Of a stretch of 64,000 nucleotides of DNA, positions 1 to 8,491 are shown piece after piece. Below the pieces are notes generated by a model. The model saw only the letters and a list, made by a program, of their open reading frames with translations. It had not been told where the DNA came from and made no database searches. The position numbers were made by a program, and so were the translations under genes. Each line of letters starts with the position of its first letter. Within the stretch, counting starts at the first letter, position 1. Origin of the DNA: Isoptericola halotolerans (GTDB taxonomy: Bacteria; Actinomycetota; Actinomycetes; Actinomycetales; Cellulomonadaceae); contig NZ_JABEZU010000001.1 of NCBI RefSeq assembly GCF_013149785.1, positions 496,001-560,000 of the forward strand. The letters are read 5' to 3'.

Positions 1-168
1 GCGCGGCCCGTGGCGGCCACCCTCGGCTGGGACGGCCGCCTCGCGGCCGCCGTGGAACGTGGAGACGGGCCGCGCGTCGGCCGACGCAGCCCGCTCGGGA
101 CCACCGCCGCGCGGTTGGTGGAGCTGCTCGACCGCCGTCCGGTCGCCACGACGGGGACCGGCACGTGA
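1..168 (+). CDS. 3' end of Ssd/Rv3660c-like (CpaE/TadZ-related) protein, truncated by window edge
   Basis: Frame 1 reads ...DGRLAAAVERGDGPRVGRRSPLGTTAARLVELL...* and its TGA overlaps the tadA GTG (GTGA 165-168); this is the usual position of ssd in actinobacterial tad loci. Confidence 0.6.
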   Translation, partial: ARPVAATLGWDGRLAAAVERGDGPRVGRRSPLGTTAARLVELLDRRPVATTGTGT

Positions 169-1370
169 GCACCGCCGCAGGTCCCCTGATGCCCGGCCAC
201 CGCGCACCCCTCGGCCCCGGGCTCCTGGCCGAGCTGCGGACCCGGCTCGGCGGCACCGCCGGCGGTGGCACCCCGCCCGACGACGCCGCGGTCGCCGAGG
301 CGCTCCGTGCCAGCGGTCGGGTGCTCGGTTCCGAGGCGCTGGCCGACCTCACCCGCGAAGCCCGCGCGGAGCTGTCAGGTGCCGGCCCGCTGCAGCCGCT
401 CCTCGAGGAACCCGGGGTCACGGACGTGCTCGTCAACGGACCGGACGACGTCTGGGTCGACCGCGGTGACGGGCTGCGGCGCAGCGACGTCGGGCTGCCC
501 GATGCCGCGTCCGTCCGGGCGCTCGCGGTCCGCATGGCCGCCGTCGCGGGAGCCCGGCTCGACGACGCCAGCCCGGTGGTGGACGCGCGCCTGCCCGACG
601 GCACCCGCCTGCACGCCGCCGTCGAACCCGTCGCACCGGCCGGCGCCGTGATCGCGTTGCGAGTGCTGCGTCAGGCCGTGCTCGACCTGTCGGCCCTCGT
701 CGCCGGCGGCGGGGTGCCGACCGCCTGGGAGCCGCTGCTGCACGACCTGGTCCGACATCGCGCCAACCTGCTCGTCACCGGCGGCACCGGCACCGGCAAG
801 ACGACGCTGCTCGCGGCGCTCCTCGGGCTCGTCCCGCCGGACGAACGGCTGCTCACCGTCGAGGAGGCCCGCGAGCTCGCACCCCTCCACCCGCACGTGG
901 TGGCGCTCGCGGCCCGCCGGCCCAACGTCGAGGGCGTCGGGGAGGTCACGCTGACCGATCTCGTCCGCGGTGCGCTGCGGATGCGCCCCGACCGGATCGT
1001 GCTCGGGGAGTGCCGCGGCGCCGAGGTCCGGGAGCTGCTGCTCGCCCTCAACACCGGGCACGACGGCGGGATGGCCACCGTGCACGCCAACGCGGCCGAG
1101 CACGTCCCGGCACGCCTGGAGGCGCTCGCCGCCCTCGCCGGGATGCCCCGGCCCGCCGTCGCCGCGCAGGCGGCCGCTGCGCTCGACGTGGTGCTGCACC
1201 TGCGCCGCCGTGGTGGTTCCCGCTACCTGGCACAGGTCGCCGTCGTCGGTCTGGGCGGCCCGGGCGACCTGGCGGTGCGGCCGGTTGCCTCGTGGGACGG
1301 TCCCGGCTCGGGGCAGCCCCGCACGTCGGACGGCTGGGACCTGCTGCTCGAGCGGTGGTCGACGTGCTGA
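165..1370 (+). CDS. tadA: TadA/CpaF family pilus assembly ATPase
   Basis: Walker A GGTGTGKTT, LRMRPDRIVLGECRG and NTGHDGGMATVHAN motifs; first complete gene of the tad cluster. Confidence 0.93.
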   Translation: MSTAAGPLMPGHRAPLGPGLLAELRTRLGGTAGGGTPPDDAAVAEALRASGRVLGSEALADLTREARAELSGAGPLQPLLEEPGVTDVLVNGPDDVWVDRGDGLRRSDVGLPDAASVRALAVRMAAVAGARLDDASPVVDARLPDGTRLHAAVEPVAPAGAVIALRVLRQAVLDLSALVAGGGVPTAWEPLLHDLVRHRANLLVTGGTGTGKTTLLAALLGLVPPDERLLTVEEARELAPLHPHVVALAARRPNVEGVGEVTLTDLVRGALRMRPDRIVLGECRGAEVRELLLALNTGHDGGMATVHANAAEHVPARLEALAALAGMPRPAVAAQAAAALDVVLHLRRRGGSRYLAQVAVVGLGGPGDLAVRPVASWDGPGSGQPRTSDGWDLLLERWSTC

Positions 1371-2020
1371 CGCCGGTGGTGCTGGCCGTGTCCTGCGCGG
1401 TGTGGTGCGTCGTCGTCCCCGGTGGCCGACGGGCGAGCGCGCTCGCCGCCGACGGCGGACGGCCCGGCCGACGGGGCATGACGGCGTTCCTGCGAGCGCT
1501 ACGTCCTCGCGAGCCCCGGCCCGACCAGGTCCGCGTCGCCGTCGCACAGGTCGGGGCGATGCTCCGTTCCGGTGCCGCGCCGGCCACGGCCTGGTCCCGG
1601 GCGCTCGGGGTGCCCGTCGACGCCGAGGGCATCCCCGAGGCCGACGCGCTGGCGCGGGCCGTGGGCGGCGCCCGTCCGGCAGCGGCAGTGATCGCGGCAG
1701 CCCGGCTCGCCCGCGAGGTGGGCGCACCCCTCGGCCGGGTCCTGGAGGCGGTCGGGGACGCGCTGGTCGCGCAGGCGGAGGCGGACGCCGAGCAGGAGGC
1801 GTCGCTCGCCGGTCCGCAGACGACCGCGCGGGTCCTGCTCTGGCTGCCCGTCCTCGGGGCGGTGCTCGGCACGGTCCTCGGTGCGGATCCTGTCGCGACC
1901 GCGACCGACGGAGGGGCCGGCACGGCCGCCGTGCTGCTCGGTGTGCTGGCGCTCCTGGCCGGGCGCACGTGGACCCGCCGGCTCGTGGACGTGGCTCGCG
2001 CGGCGGGACAGGCTCGATGA
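1364..2020 (+). CDS. tadB: TadB-like type II secretion system F family membrane protein
   Basis: GTG at 1364 overlaps tadA end; LRSGAAP...W, GAPLGRVLE and AGPQTTARVLLWLP motifs; C-terminal TM helices. Confidence 0.8.
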   Translation: MLTPVVLAVSCAVWCVVVPGGRRASALAADGGRPGRRGMTAFLRALRPREPRPDQVRVAVAQVGAMLRSGAAPATAWSRALGVPVDAEGIPEADALARAVGGARPAAAVIAAARLAREVGAPLGRVLEAVGDALVAQAEADAEQEASLAGPQTTARVLLWLPVLGAVLGTVLGADPVATATDGGAGTAAVLLGVLALLAGRTWTRRLVDVARAAGQAR

Positions 2021-2643
2021 GCGTCCTGGCGGTCGGGCTGGTGGTCGCCCTGCTCGCGCTCGCCGGCACCGCGCCGTGGCGCTGTGCACAGAGTGCCGCG
2101 AGCCGCCGACTGCCCGCGCTCGGCTCGGCCCGGGACCTGTCCGGTGCCGCCTCGGTGCCCGAGCCCGCACCACCGGGCGTCGAGGTCTCCTGCCTCCTGG
2201 AGCTGGTGGCGGCGGCCGTCCGTTCCGGCGCGGGAGTGCCTCGGGCGCTGACCGCCGTCGGTGCCGCCGTCGGAGGGCCGGACGGACGGGCCTTGGCTCG
2301 GGCCGCCGCCGGGCTGAGGCTCGGTGCGGGGTGGGACGCCGCCTGGGCGGCGGCCGGCGAGGACGGTGGTGGTCCGTCCGGTGAGCCCGGCTGCCCTCCC
2401 CGGCTCGACGTGCTGCGTCGTGCGCTGCGTGGCGCGTGGGAGGACGGCGCGGCTCCCGGTGAGGCGCTGCGGGCCGCCGCGGCGGAGCACCGGCACGAGC
2501 GCCGGGCCGCCGCCCGGACCGCGGCCGCCCGCCTGGCCGTCCGTCTCGTGCTGCCGTTGGGGACGTGCTACCTGCCGGCCTTCGTGCTCGTCGGGCTCGT
2601 GCCCGTGCTGCTCGCGCTCGGTGTGGACCTGTTGTCCGGCTGA
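2017..2643 (+). CDS. tadC: TadC-like type II secretion system F family protein
   Basis: ATGA overlap with tadB; LELVAAAVRSGA and LVLPLGTCYLPAFVLVGLVP signatures. Confidence 0.82.
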   Translation: MSVLAVGLVVALLALAGTAPWRCAQSAASRRLPALGSARDLSGAASVPEPAPPGVEVSCLLELVAAAVRSGAGVPRALTAVGAAVGGPDGRALARAAAGLRLGAGWDAAWAAAGEDGGGPSGEPGCPPRLDVLRRALRGAWEDGAAPGEALRAAAAEHRHERRAAARTAAARLAVRLVLPLGTCYLPAFVLVGLVPVLLALGVDLLSG

Positions 2644-2743
2644 GCGTGCCCGTCCGGGCCGGTCGGCGCGGACGGACTCCCCCGGGACCAGCCGGTCGCG
2701 GGGCCACGAACCGGGCAGGAGCCCGGAGGAGAGAGGAACGACC

Positions 2744-2953
2744 ATGACCGTCCGAACGAGGCCCGCGAGCACCGTCGTGGACCGGCCGAGCGGCACCCCG
2801 GACCACGACCCCGAGGCCGGGCTCGCCACCGCCGAGTACGCGATCGCGACGATCGCCGCCGTCGGGTTCGCCGGCCTGCTGATCCTGGTGCTCCAGAGCG
2901 ACACCGTGCGCGGGATGCTCGAGTCGATCATCGGCTCGGCGCTGTCGGTATGA
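2744..2953 (+). CDS. Flp-type pilin (DUF4244 family)
   Basis: RBS GAGAGGA; prepilin-like G-LATAEYAIATIAAVGFAGLL hydrophobic segment; 69 aa. Confidence 0.85.
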   Translation: MTVRTRPASTVVDRPSGTPDHDPEAGLATAEYAIATIAAVGFAGLLILVLQSDTVRGMLESIIGSALSV

Positions 2954-3300
2954 GACGCCGCGGCCGGGCGGAGCGCGGGTCGGTGACGGCGGAGCTCGCC
3001 GTCGGCATGCCGGTGGTCGTCCTGCTCCTGGTCGCGGTGCTCACGCTCGCGGCCGCGTCCACCGCGCAGATGCGCGCGGCGGACGCGGCCCGGGCGGGCG
3101 CCCGGCAGGTCGCCGTGGGGGAGGACCCTGCCGTCGTGCGGTCCGTCGCCACCCGGGTGGCGGGTCAGGGCGCCGACGTCACCGTGACGCAGGACGGTGA
3201 GTGGGTGCGGGTCGTGGTCACCCGCCCGGTCGTGGGCGGGTGGTTCGCCCCAGGCCCGCTCCGCGCCACCGGAGAGGCCGTGGCCTGGGTGGAACCATGA
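2950..3300 (+). CDS. tadE: TadE-family minor pilin
   Basis: ERGSVTAELAVGMP prepilin motif, DAARAGARQ; ATGA coupling at both ends. Confidence 0.85.
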   Translation: MRRRGRAERGSVTAELAVGMPVVVLLLVAVLTLAAASTAQMRAADAARAGARQVAVGEDPAVVRSVATRVAGQGADVTVTQDGEWVRVVVTRPVVGGWFAPGPLRATGEAVAWVEP

Positions 3301-5132
3301 CCGGTCGGTGCGACACCTTCGGCGAGGACGAGCGGGGGGCGGGGACCGTGCTCGTCCTCGGGCTGGCGGCCGTGGTCGTGGTCCTGTGCGTGGCGCTCGC
3401 GGCGCTCGGCGCCGCCCAGCAGGCACGGTCGGTCGCCCGGTCGGCCGCGGACCTGGGGGCCCTCGCGGGAGCCACCGCGCTGCGGTGGGGTCACGACCCG
3501 TGCTCGACGGCGACGGAGGCGGTGGGACGTCACGGGGCGCACGTGGTGTCCTGCGAGGTCCGGCACGGCGGGGTCGTGGGGGTCACCGTGGCCCGGTCCG
3601 CCGTCGGGCCGGCCTCGTGGTCGAGGCTCGGCACCGCGGAGGCGACCGCGTGGGCCGGTCCCCGGCCCGCGGCGCACGCCTCGCCGGGGTTCGACGTCGG
3701 ACGATCAGCTCGGTTCGATGCCGAACAGCTCGGCGCGCTGGTTGATGAGGCGGGCGCGCGCCAACCGGGGCTTGTCCGAGCCGTCGCGGATGACCGACCC
3801 GGAGGCCTCGAACTCCGCGAGGAAGTCGATCGCCCACGCGACGTCGGCCGGCGCGGGGGAGAGGACCTCGTTGACCACGGCGGGCTGCTCCAGGTCCAGG
3901 CAGAGCCGTCCGGTCATGCCCATCGCGACGGCGTCGCCCGACTGCTCGCGCAGCAGTGGGTGGCTGGAGCCCACCGTGGGGCCGTCCACCGGGCCGGGGA
4001 GCCCCCCGATGCGGCTCGCCGTGACGAGCCGGGAGCGGGGATAGGCCATCGCCAGCGGCTCGTTGGCGGCGCCGGTGTCACGGCGGTAGTCGCCCGAGCC
4101 GAAGGCGAGCCGGAACGACCCCGGGGTGCGGGCGATGCTCACGGCGTCCTCGATGCCCAGCGCCGACTCCACGAGGGGCATGACGGGGACGTGACCGCCC
4201 AGTCGTTGCGCGGTGTCCACCACCTGGTCGGGGCTCTCGGTCTTGGCCAGCATGACGCCGCACAGGCCCTCGACGTCCCGGAAGGCGCGCACGTCGTCGG
4301 ACCAGGCGTCCGACCCGCGTTCGTTGATCCGCACCCACGCGCGCCCCCCGTCGGCGAACCAGCCCAGGACCCCGTCGCGCGCCTCGTCCTTGCGCGACTC
4401 GTCCACGGCGTCCTCGCAGTCCAGCACGAGCTGGTCGGCGCGGGAGAGCTGCGCGGCGTCGAAGTCCTGCGTGCGCAGGGCGTTGAGCAGCAGCCAGGAG
4501 CGAGCGTTGGCGGCGTCCACCCGCCGCGACTCGCGGTGGTGGCGGAGGGCGGTCAGGTCGTCGGTGGTCACGCGACGATCGTAGGCGCTACGGCCGGGCG
4601 GGCACGGTCGGGACCGGCTCCGTCGCCTGGTCGCTGCCGGGGGCGTGCCGCAGCAGGGCGTCCAGCACGCGCACGGAGGCGGCCTTGTCCAGCGGCGAGT
4701 TGTCGTTGCCGCACTTGGGCGACTGGACGCAGGCGGGGCACCCGGCGGCGCAGGGGCAGGCGGCGACGGCGTCCCGCGTGGCGCGGACCCACCGTTCGGC
4801 GAGCTCGAAGCCCCGTTCGGCGAAGCCGGCACCACCGGGATAGGCGTCGTAGACGAAGACGGTCGCCTCGCCGGTGTCCGGGTGCTGCGCCGTCGAGACC
4901 CCGCCGAGGTCCCACCGGTCGCAGGTGGCGAGCAGCGGCAGCAGGCCGATGGCGGCGTGCTCCGCCGCGTGCAGCGCGCCGGGGGTCGCGTCGTCGTCGA
5001 CGCCGGCGGCGCGCAGCACGTGGTCGGGCACGGACCACCACACGGCCGTGGTGCCGAGGGTGCGTGACGGCAGATCGAGCGCCTCGGTGTCGAGCACCTG
5101 CATGTCCGGGATGCGACGCCGCTGGAAGCTGA
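3297..5132 (+). CDS. Rv3654c-family TadE-like protein; recognisable domain ends near 3670 but the frame has no stop until 5132
   Basis: DERGAGTVLVLG, AADLGALAGA, two Cys and terminal AWAGP motif; then open antisense over the next two genes. Confidence 0.65.
   Translation: MTGRCDTFGEDERGAGTVLVLGLAAVVVVLCVALAALGAAQQARSVARSAADLGALAGATALRWGHDPCSTATEAVGRHGAHVVSCEVRHGGVVGVTVARSAVGPASWSRLGTAEATAWAGPRPAAHASPGFDVGRSARFDAEQLGALVDEAGARQPGLVRAVADDRPGGLELREEVDRPRDVGRRGGEDLVDHGGLLQVQAEPSGHAHRDGVARLLAQQWVAGAHRGAVHRAGEPPDAARRDEPGAGIGHRQRLVGGAGVTAVVARAEGEPERPRGAGDAHGVLDAQRRLHEGHDGDVTAQSLRGVHHLVGALGLGQHDAAQALDVPEGAHVVGPGVRPAFVDPHPRAPPVGEPAQDPVARLVLARLVHGVLAVQHELVGAGELRGVEVLRAQGVEQQPGASVGGVHPPRLAVVAEGGQVVGGHATIVGATAGRARSGPAPSPGRCRGRAAAGRPARARRRPCPAASCRCRTWATGRRRGTRRRRGRRRRRPAWRGPTVRRARSPVRRSRHHRDRRRRRRRSPRRCPGAAPSRPRRGPTGRRWRAAAAGRWRRAPPRAARRGSRRRRRRRRAARGRARTTTRPWCRGCVTADRAPRCRAPACPGCDAAGS
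3705..4571 (-). CDS. HpcH/HpaI aldolase / citrate lyase beta (CitE-like CoA ester lyase) family protein
   Basis: RSWLL, LVLDCEDAV, WVRIN, LVESALG, LAFGSGD, PVDGP motifs; TACGAT 6 nt before the GTG. Confidence 0.85.
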   Translation of the reverse strand: MTTDDLTALRHHRESRRVDAANARSWLLLNALRTQDFDAAQLSRADQLVLDCEDAVDESRKDEARDGVLGWFADGGRAWVRINERGSDAWSDDVRAFRDVEGLCGVMLAKTESPDQVVDTAQRLGGHVPVMPLVESALGIEDAVSIARTPGSFRLAFGSGDYRRDTGAANEPLAMAYPRSRLVTASRIGGLPGPVDGPTVGSSHPLLREQSGDAVAMGMTGRLCLDLEQPAVVNEVLSPAPADVAWAIDFLAEFEASGSVIRDGSDKPRLARARLINQRAELFGIEPS

Positions 5133-7161
5133 CGACCTGGCTCGTCACCTCCACCGGGCCGAGTCCCCAGGTGATCGGGCCCCACGCGCGCTGCTGCGGG
5201 GGCCGGGAGCCCTCCGGGGCGGGGTGGTCCGGGTCGCCGGGCTCTTCGAGGGAGATCTCCATGACGTCGCGCGACCAGGTCGCATGGTCGACGTCGCGGC
5301 GTGCCACGAGTGCCACGTGGTCGGTGAGGTCGAGGTGGTCGACCACGTAGGTGGCGCCCTGGTGGACGTACACCGCGCCGTCGTGCACCTGGCCGTCGGC
5401 GGACGAGGCGTCGACCGTGCCGAGCAGACGGCCCGTCGTCGCCTCGACGACGCGGACCGGTTGCCCGCCGGCGCCGCGGAGGTCGGCCATGGCGGCGGCG
5501 GGCTGCGCGTGCGTCCAGTACCAGCCGGAGGGTCGACGTCGCAGCAGGCCGCGGGCGACGAGGACGCCGAGGACCTCCCGCACCCGGTCGGGCTCCCCGA
5601 ACCGTGCCAGCTCCTCGGCGCGGACGGGTACCTCCTGGGCGGCGGCGCAGAGCTGGGGGGCGAGCACGTACGGGTTGCCGGGGTCGAACACGGTGGCTTC
5701 CAGGGGCGCGTCGAACACCGCCTCGGGGTGGGTGACCAGGTAGGTGTCCAGCGGGTCCTCCCGGGCGACGAACGCCACGAGCCCGTCGGCACCGGCTCGC
5801 CCTGCCCGGCCGGCCTGCTGCCACAGGGACATGCGGGTGCCGGGCCAGCCGGCCACGAGCACGGCGTCGAGCCCCGAGATGTCGACGCCGAGCTCCAGGG
5901 CGTTCGTCGTGGCGAGGCCGAGCAGCTCCCCGGTGCGGAGCGCCCGCTCGAGCTCGCGCCGTTCCTCGGGCAGGTAGCCGCCCCGGTACGCCGCCACCCG
6001 CGCGGCGAGCTCGGTGGAGACGGGCCGAAGATGGTCGCGGACCTGCTGGGCCACGGACTCCGCACCGCGACGGGACCGCGTGAAGGCCAGCGTCCGGGCG
6101 CCGTGCGCGGCGAGGTCGGCGAGGAGGTCGGCGACCTCGGCGGTCGCGGACCGGCGCGGGTGCTCGGCCTTCCCCTCGGTGGTGAGCACGGCGTCGGACT
6201 CGTTCGCCGCGGGATCGAGGGGGTCGGGGAGCGTCCAGGGGTCGGAGGCGTCGTCCGCTGCGCCGTCCGAGCGCTCGAACGCCGGGCCGGTGATCTCGGG
6301 TGGCTGCCACAGGACGACGGTGCGCCGGCCGGCGGGCGAGCCGTCGTCGCGGACCTCGGTGACGGCGTCGGGGACGGTGCCGAGCAACCGTGCCACGCTC
6401 ACGGCGGGCTCTGCCGTGGTCGCGCTCGCGACGACGAACGTCGGGGCGGTGCCGCCGTAGTGCTCGGCCAGCCGGGCCAGACGGCGCAGCACGAGGGCGA
6501 CGTGCGCCCCGAAGACCCCGCGGTAGGCGTGCCCCTCGTCGACGACGACGTACCGCAGGCCGCGCAGCAGCCGTGACCACCTGCGGTGACCGGGCAGCAG
6601 CGCGAAGTGCAGGAAGTCGGGGTTGGTGAGCACGACGTCGGCGTGGTCCTGCACCCAGCGACGCTCGTCGGGCGGCGTGTCACCGTCGCAGGTCGTCGCC
6701 CGGACGTCTCGGGTCCCGGCGGCGTCGAGGAGCCGGCTCAGGGCGGCGAGCTGGTCCGCGGCCAGCGCCTTGGTGGGGGACAGGTACAGGACCGTGCCGG
6801 GCCGGGAGGAGGACTCGATGCGGTGGCGGTCGTCCTGCGAGGCGGCACGCGTGGCGCGTACCGCGGTCAGCGCCGGCAACCAGAAGGCCAGGGACTTCCC
6901 GGATCCTGTCGAGCTCGCGAGGGCGACGTGCTCGCCGCGCCAGGCGGCGTCGGCGGCGGTGACCTGGTGGGTCCACGGGCGATCGACGCCGAGGGCGCGG
7001 TACCCGGCGACCAGGGGGTCGTCGGCCCAGGCGGGCCACTCGGCGTGCCGGGCGGGGCGCGCGGGGAACGTGCGGGAGTGGAGGAGGCGGTCGGCGCGGG
7101 AGCCTCGGGCGGTGAGCACGTCCAGCAGCGGGTGAGCGGCAGGCGCGGGGTCGGGTGCCAC
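4588..7161 (-). CDS. DEAD/DEAH-box helicase with C-terminal DUF1998 (Rv3649/SftH-like)
   Basis: STGSGKS, PTKALAADQ, DEGH, SAT, ALELGVD, QQAGRAGR; C-terminal CDRWD and CPCAAGCPAC. Start approximate. Confidence 0.92.
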   Translation of the reverse strand: MAPDPAPAAHPLLDVLTARGSRADRLLHSRTFPARPARHAEWPAWADDPLVAGYRALGVDRPWTHQVTAADAAWRGEHVALASSTGSGKSLAFWLPALTAVRATRAASQDDRHRIESSSRPGTVLYLSPTKALAADQLAALSRLLDAAGTRDVRATTCDGDTPPDERRWVQDHADVVLTNPDFLHFALLPGHRRWSRLLRGLRYVVVDEGHAYRGVFGAHVALVLRRLARLAEHYGGTAPTFVVASATTAEPAVSVARLLGTVPDAVTEVRDDGSPAGRRTVVLWQPPEITGPAFERSDGAADDASDPWTLPDPLDPAANESDAVLTTEGKAEHPRRSATAEVADLLADLAAHGARTLAFTRSRRGAESVAQQVRDHLRPVSTELAARVAAYRGGYLPEERRELERALRTGELLGLATTNALELGVDISGLDAVLVAGWPGTRMSLWQQAGRAGRAGADGLVAFVAREDPLDTYLVTHPEAVFDAPLEATVFDPGNPYVLAPQLCAAAQEVPVRAEELARFGEPDRVREVLGVLVARGLLRRRPSGWYWTHAQPAAAMADLRGAGGQPVRVVEATTGRLLGTVDASSADGQVHDGAVYVHQGATYVVDHLDLTDHVALVARRDVDHATWSRDVMEISLEEPGDPDHPAPEGSRPPQQRAWGPITWGLGPVEVTSQVVSFQRRRIPDMQVLDTEALDLPSRTLGTTAVWWSVPDHVLRAAGVDDDATPGALHAAEHAAIGLLPLLATCDRWDLGGVSTAQHPDTGEATVFVYDAYPGGAGFAERGFELAERWVRATRDAVAACPCAAGCPACVQSPKCGNDNSPLDKAASVRVLDALLRHAPGSDQATEPVPTVPARP

Positions 7162-7380
7162 GCGGACAGTGTCGCACTGGTGCCCGCGTCGACTTTCACC
7201 CGAGCTTCTACCACAGGTGGGTGTTGCTCGCAGACCGAGGTCGCTATCATCGGTCATCGATCCATCAGCCCGGCATCGGTACCGTGTCATGACTTCACAC
7301 ACATAACGTGCATCCCAGGCGGTGGCACCGCTCTCACGGATCTGGCTGCCGGCCGGGCGCCATCTCGACGAAGGACCTCC

Positions 7381-8274
7381 ATGCGCAAGCTCTCGACCAC
7401 GGCGCTCGCCGCCGCTCTCGTCCTCACCCCGGCATCGCTGGCCTGGGCAGGCGGGTCGGACGCACCGACGCCGTACGACGTGACGGCGGAGGGCATCCGG
7501 CTGCACCACGGCACGTTCGAGGACAACGATCACGTCAACGTCACCGGGACGTTCGGCACGGTGAACCTCCACCTGGAGAGCAAGTACCAGGACCGCGACC
7601 ACGCAGAGTGGCGGAACCTCCCGTTCGACCCGGAGAACCCCCAGGGCAAGTACATCGGGAAGTCCTTCGTGCCGTGGAGCGCGTTGACCGACGCCGAGGA
7701 CTTCTGCATCACCTGGGTCCAGGTGCACGGCGTGAACCAGCACTTCGGAGAGGGCGGGCAGGAACCCGTCTGCACCGGCTCGCCGTCCGAGACCTCGGAC
7801 GACGCGGACGAAGGCGAGACCCCGGACGAGACCGAGACCCCGGACGAGACCCAGGGACCTGACGAGACGGACGAGACCGAGCCCCCGGCCGAGACCCCGG
7901 GCGACTCCGACGAGACCCCGGACGAGACGGACGAGACCGAGGGCTCGGAGGGGTCCGAGGAGACCCCCGGCGGCACCGAGCCCCCGGCCGAGACCCCGGT
8001 GGACCGGGAGACCGTGCCGTCCGAGGCCACCGAGACCGAGGACACCGACTCGACCATCGGCCGTCCCCAGCAGGTCGTGGACATCTCCGCGGACGACGAC
8101 GCCGCGGCGGACACCGCGGAGGCCGAGGAGGTGCGGGCCCAGACGACCGCCGAGGAGCTCCCGCAGACCGGTGCGACCGTCACCGGCATCCTGCTGGCCG
8201 CCGGTGCCCTCGTGGCAGGTGGCGCGGGCTTCCTGCTCGTGCGTCGCCGTCGGGCCGCGCTGCAGCAGGCCTGA
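7381..8274 (+). CDS. Sortase-anchored (LPQTG) surface protein with unknown two-Cys N-terminal domain and acidic E/T/P/D stalk
   Basis: RBS AAGGA; signal peptide; ETPDET repeats; LPQTG + TM + RRRR tail. Confidence 0.85.
   Translation: MRKLSTTALAAALVLTPASLAWAGGSDAPTPYDVTAEGIRLHHGTFEDNDHVNVTGTFGTVNLHLESKYQDRDHAEWRNLPFDPENPQGKYIGKSFVPWSALTDAEDFCITWVQVHGVNQHFGEGGQEPVCTGSPSETSDDADEGETPDETETPDETQGPDETDETEPPAETPGDSDETPDETDETEGSEGSEETPGGTEPPAETPVDRETVPSEATETEDTDSTIGRPQQVVDISADDDAAADTAEAEEVRAQTTAEELPQTGATVTGILLAAGALVAGGAGFLLVRRRRAALQQA
7815..8000 (+). repeat. Imperfect coding repeats (GAGACCCCGGAC-type; ETPD/ETEPPAETP) in surface-protein stalk
   Basis: Recurrent gagaccccggacgagac and accgagcccccggccgagaccccg units. 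Confidence 0.7.
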
Positions 8275-8287
8275 CCGGTCGACCTCA

Positions 8288-8318
8288 CCGTCGGGCGCCC
8301 GGCAGGGGTGCCCGACGG
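8288..8318 (+). terminator. GC-rich hairpin, probable terminator after the LPQTG gene
   Basis: CCGTCGGGCGCCC-ggcag-GGGTGCCCGACGG, 13-bp stem with one G-U pair. Confidence 0.6.
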
Positions 8319-8491
8319 CGGGGACGGACGACATGTCCCGGATCGCCCGGCGCTGGGCCGGATGCGCGGTCCGGGCGGTGCAGGAGGCTCGTCCCTGATT
8401 GCGCCATCGAGTTGCGGTCCCGCGGTGAAGGTCTTGCGAGGAGTCGCCGGACGAGGCCGTGATCTGATCGTGACCATCGTTCCCTGGTGTC

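Noticed and set aside
165..3300. tad genes as conjugation or ICE machinery
   Set aside because: Matches the conserved chromosomal actinobacterial Flp-pilus locus; no relaxase, coupling protein or integrase nearby
8275..8491. c-di-AMP (ydaO) riboswitch upstream of the rpf gene
   Set aside because: I could not find the characteristic GCTGAATCC or GGGGTGAA segments; only a terminator-like hairpin. An Infernal scan would settle it
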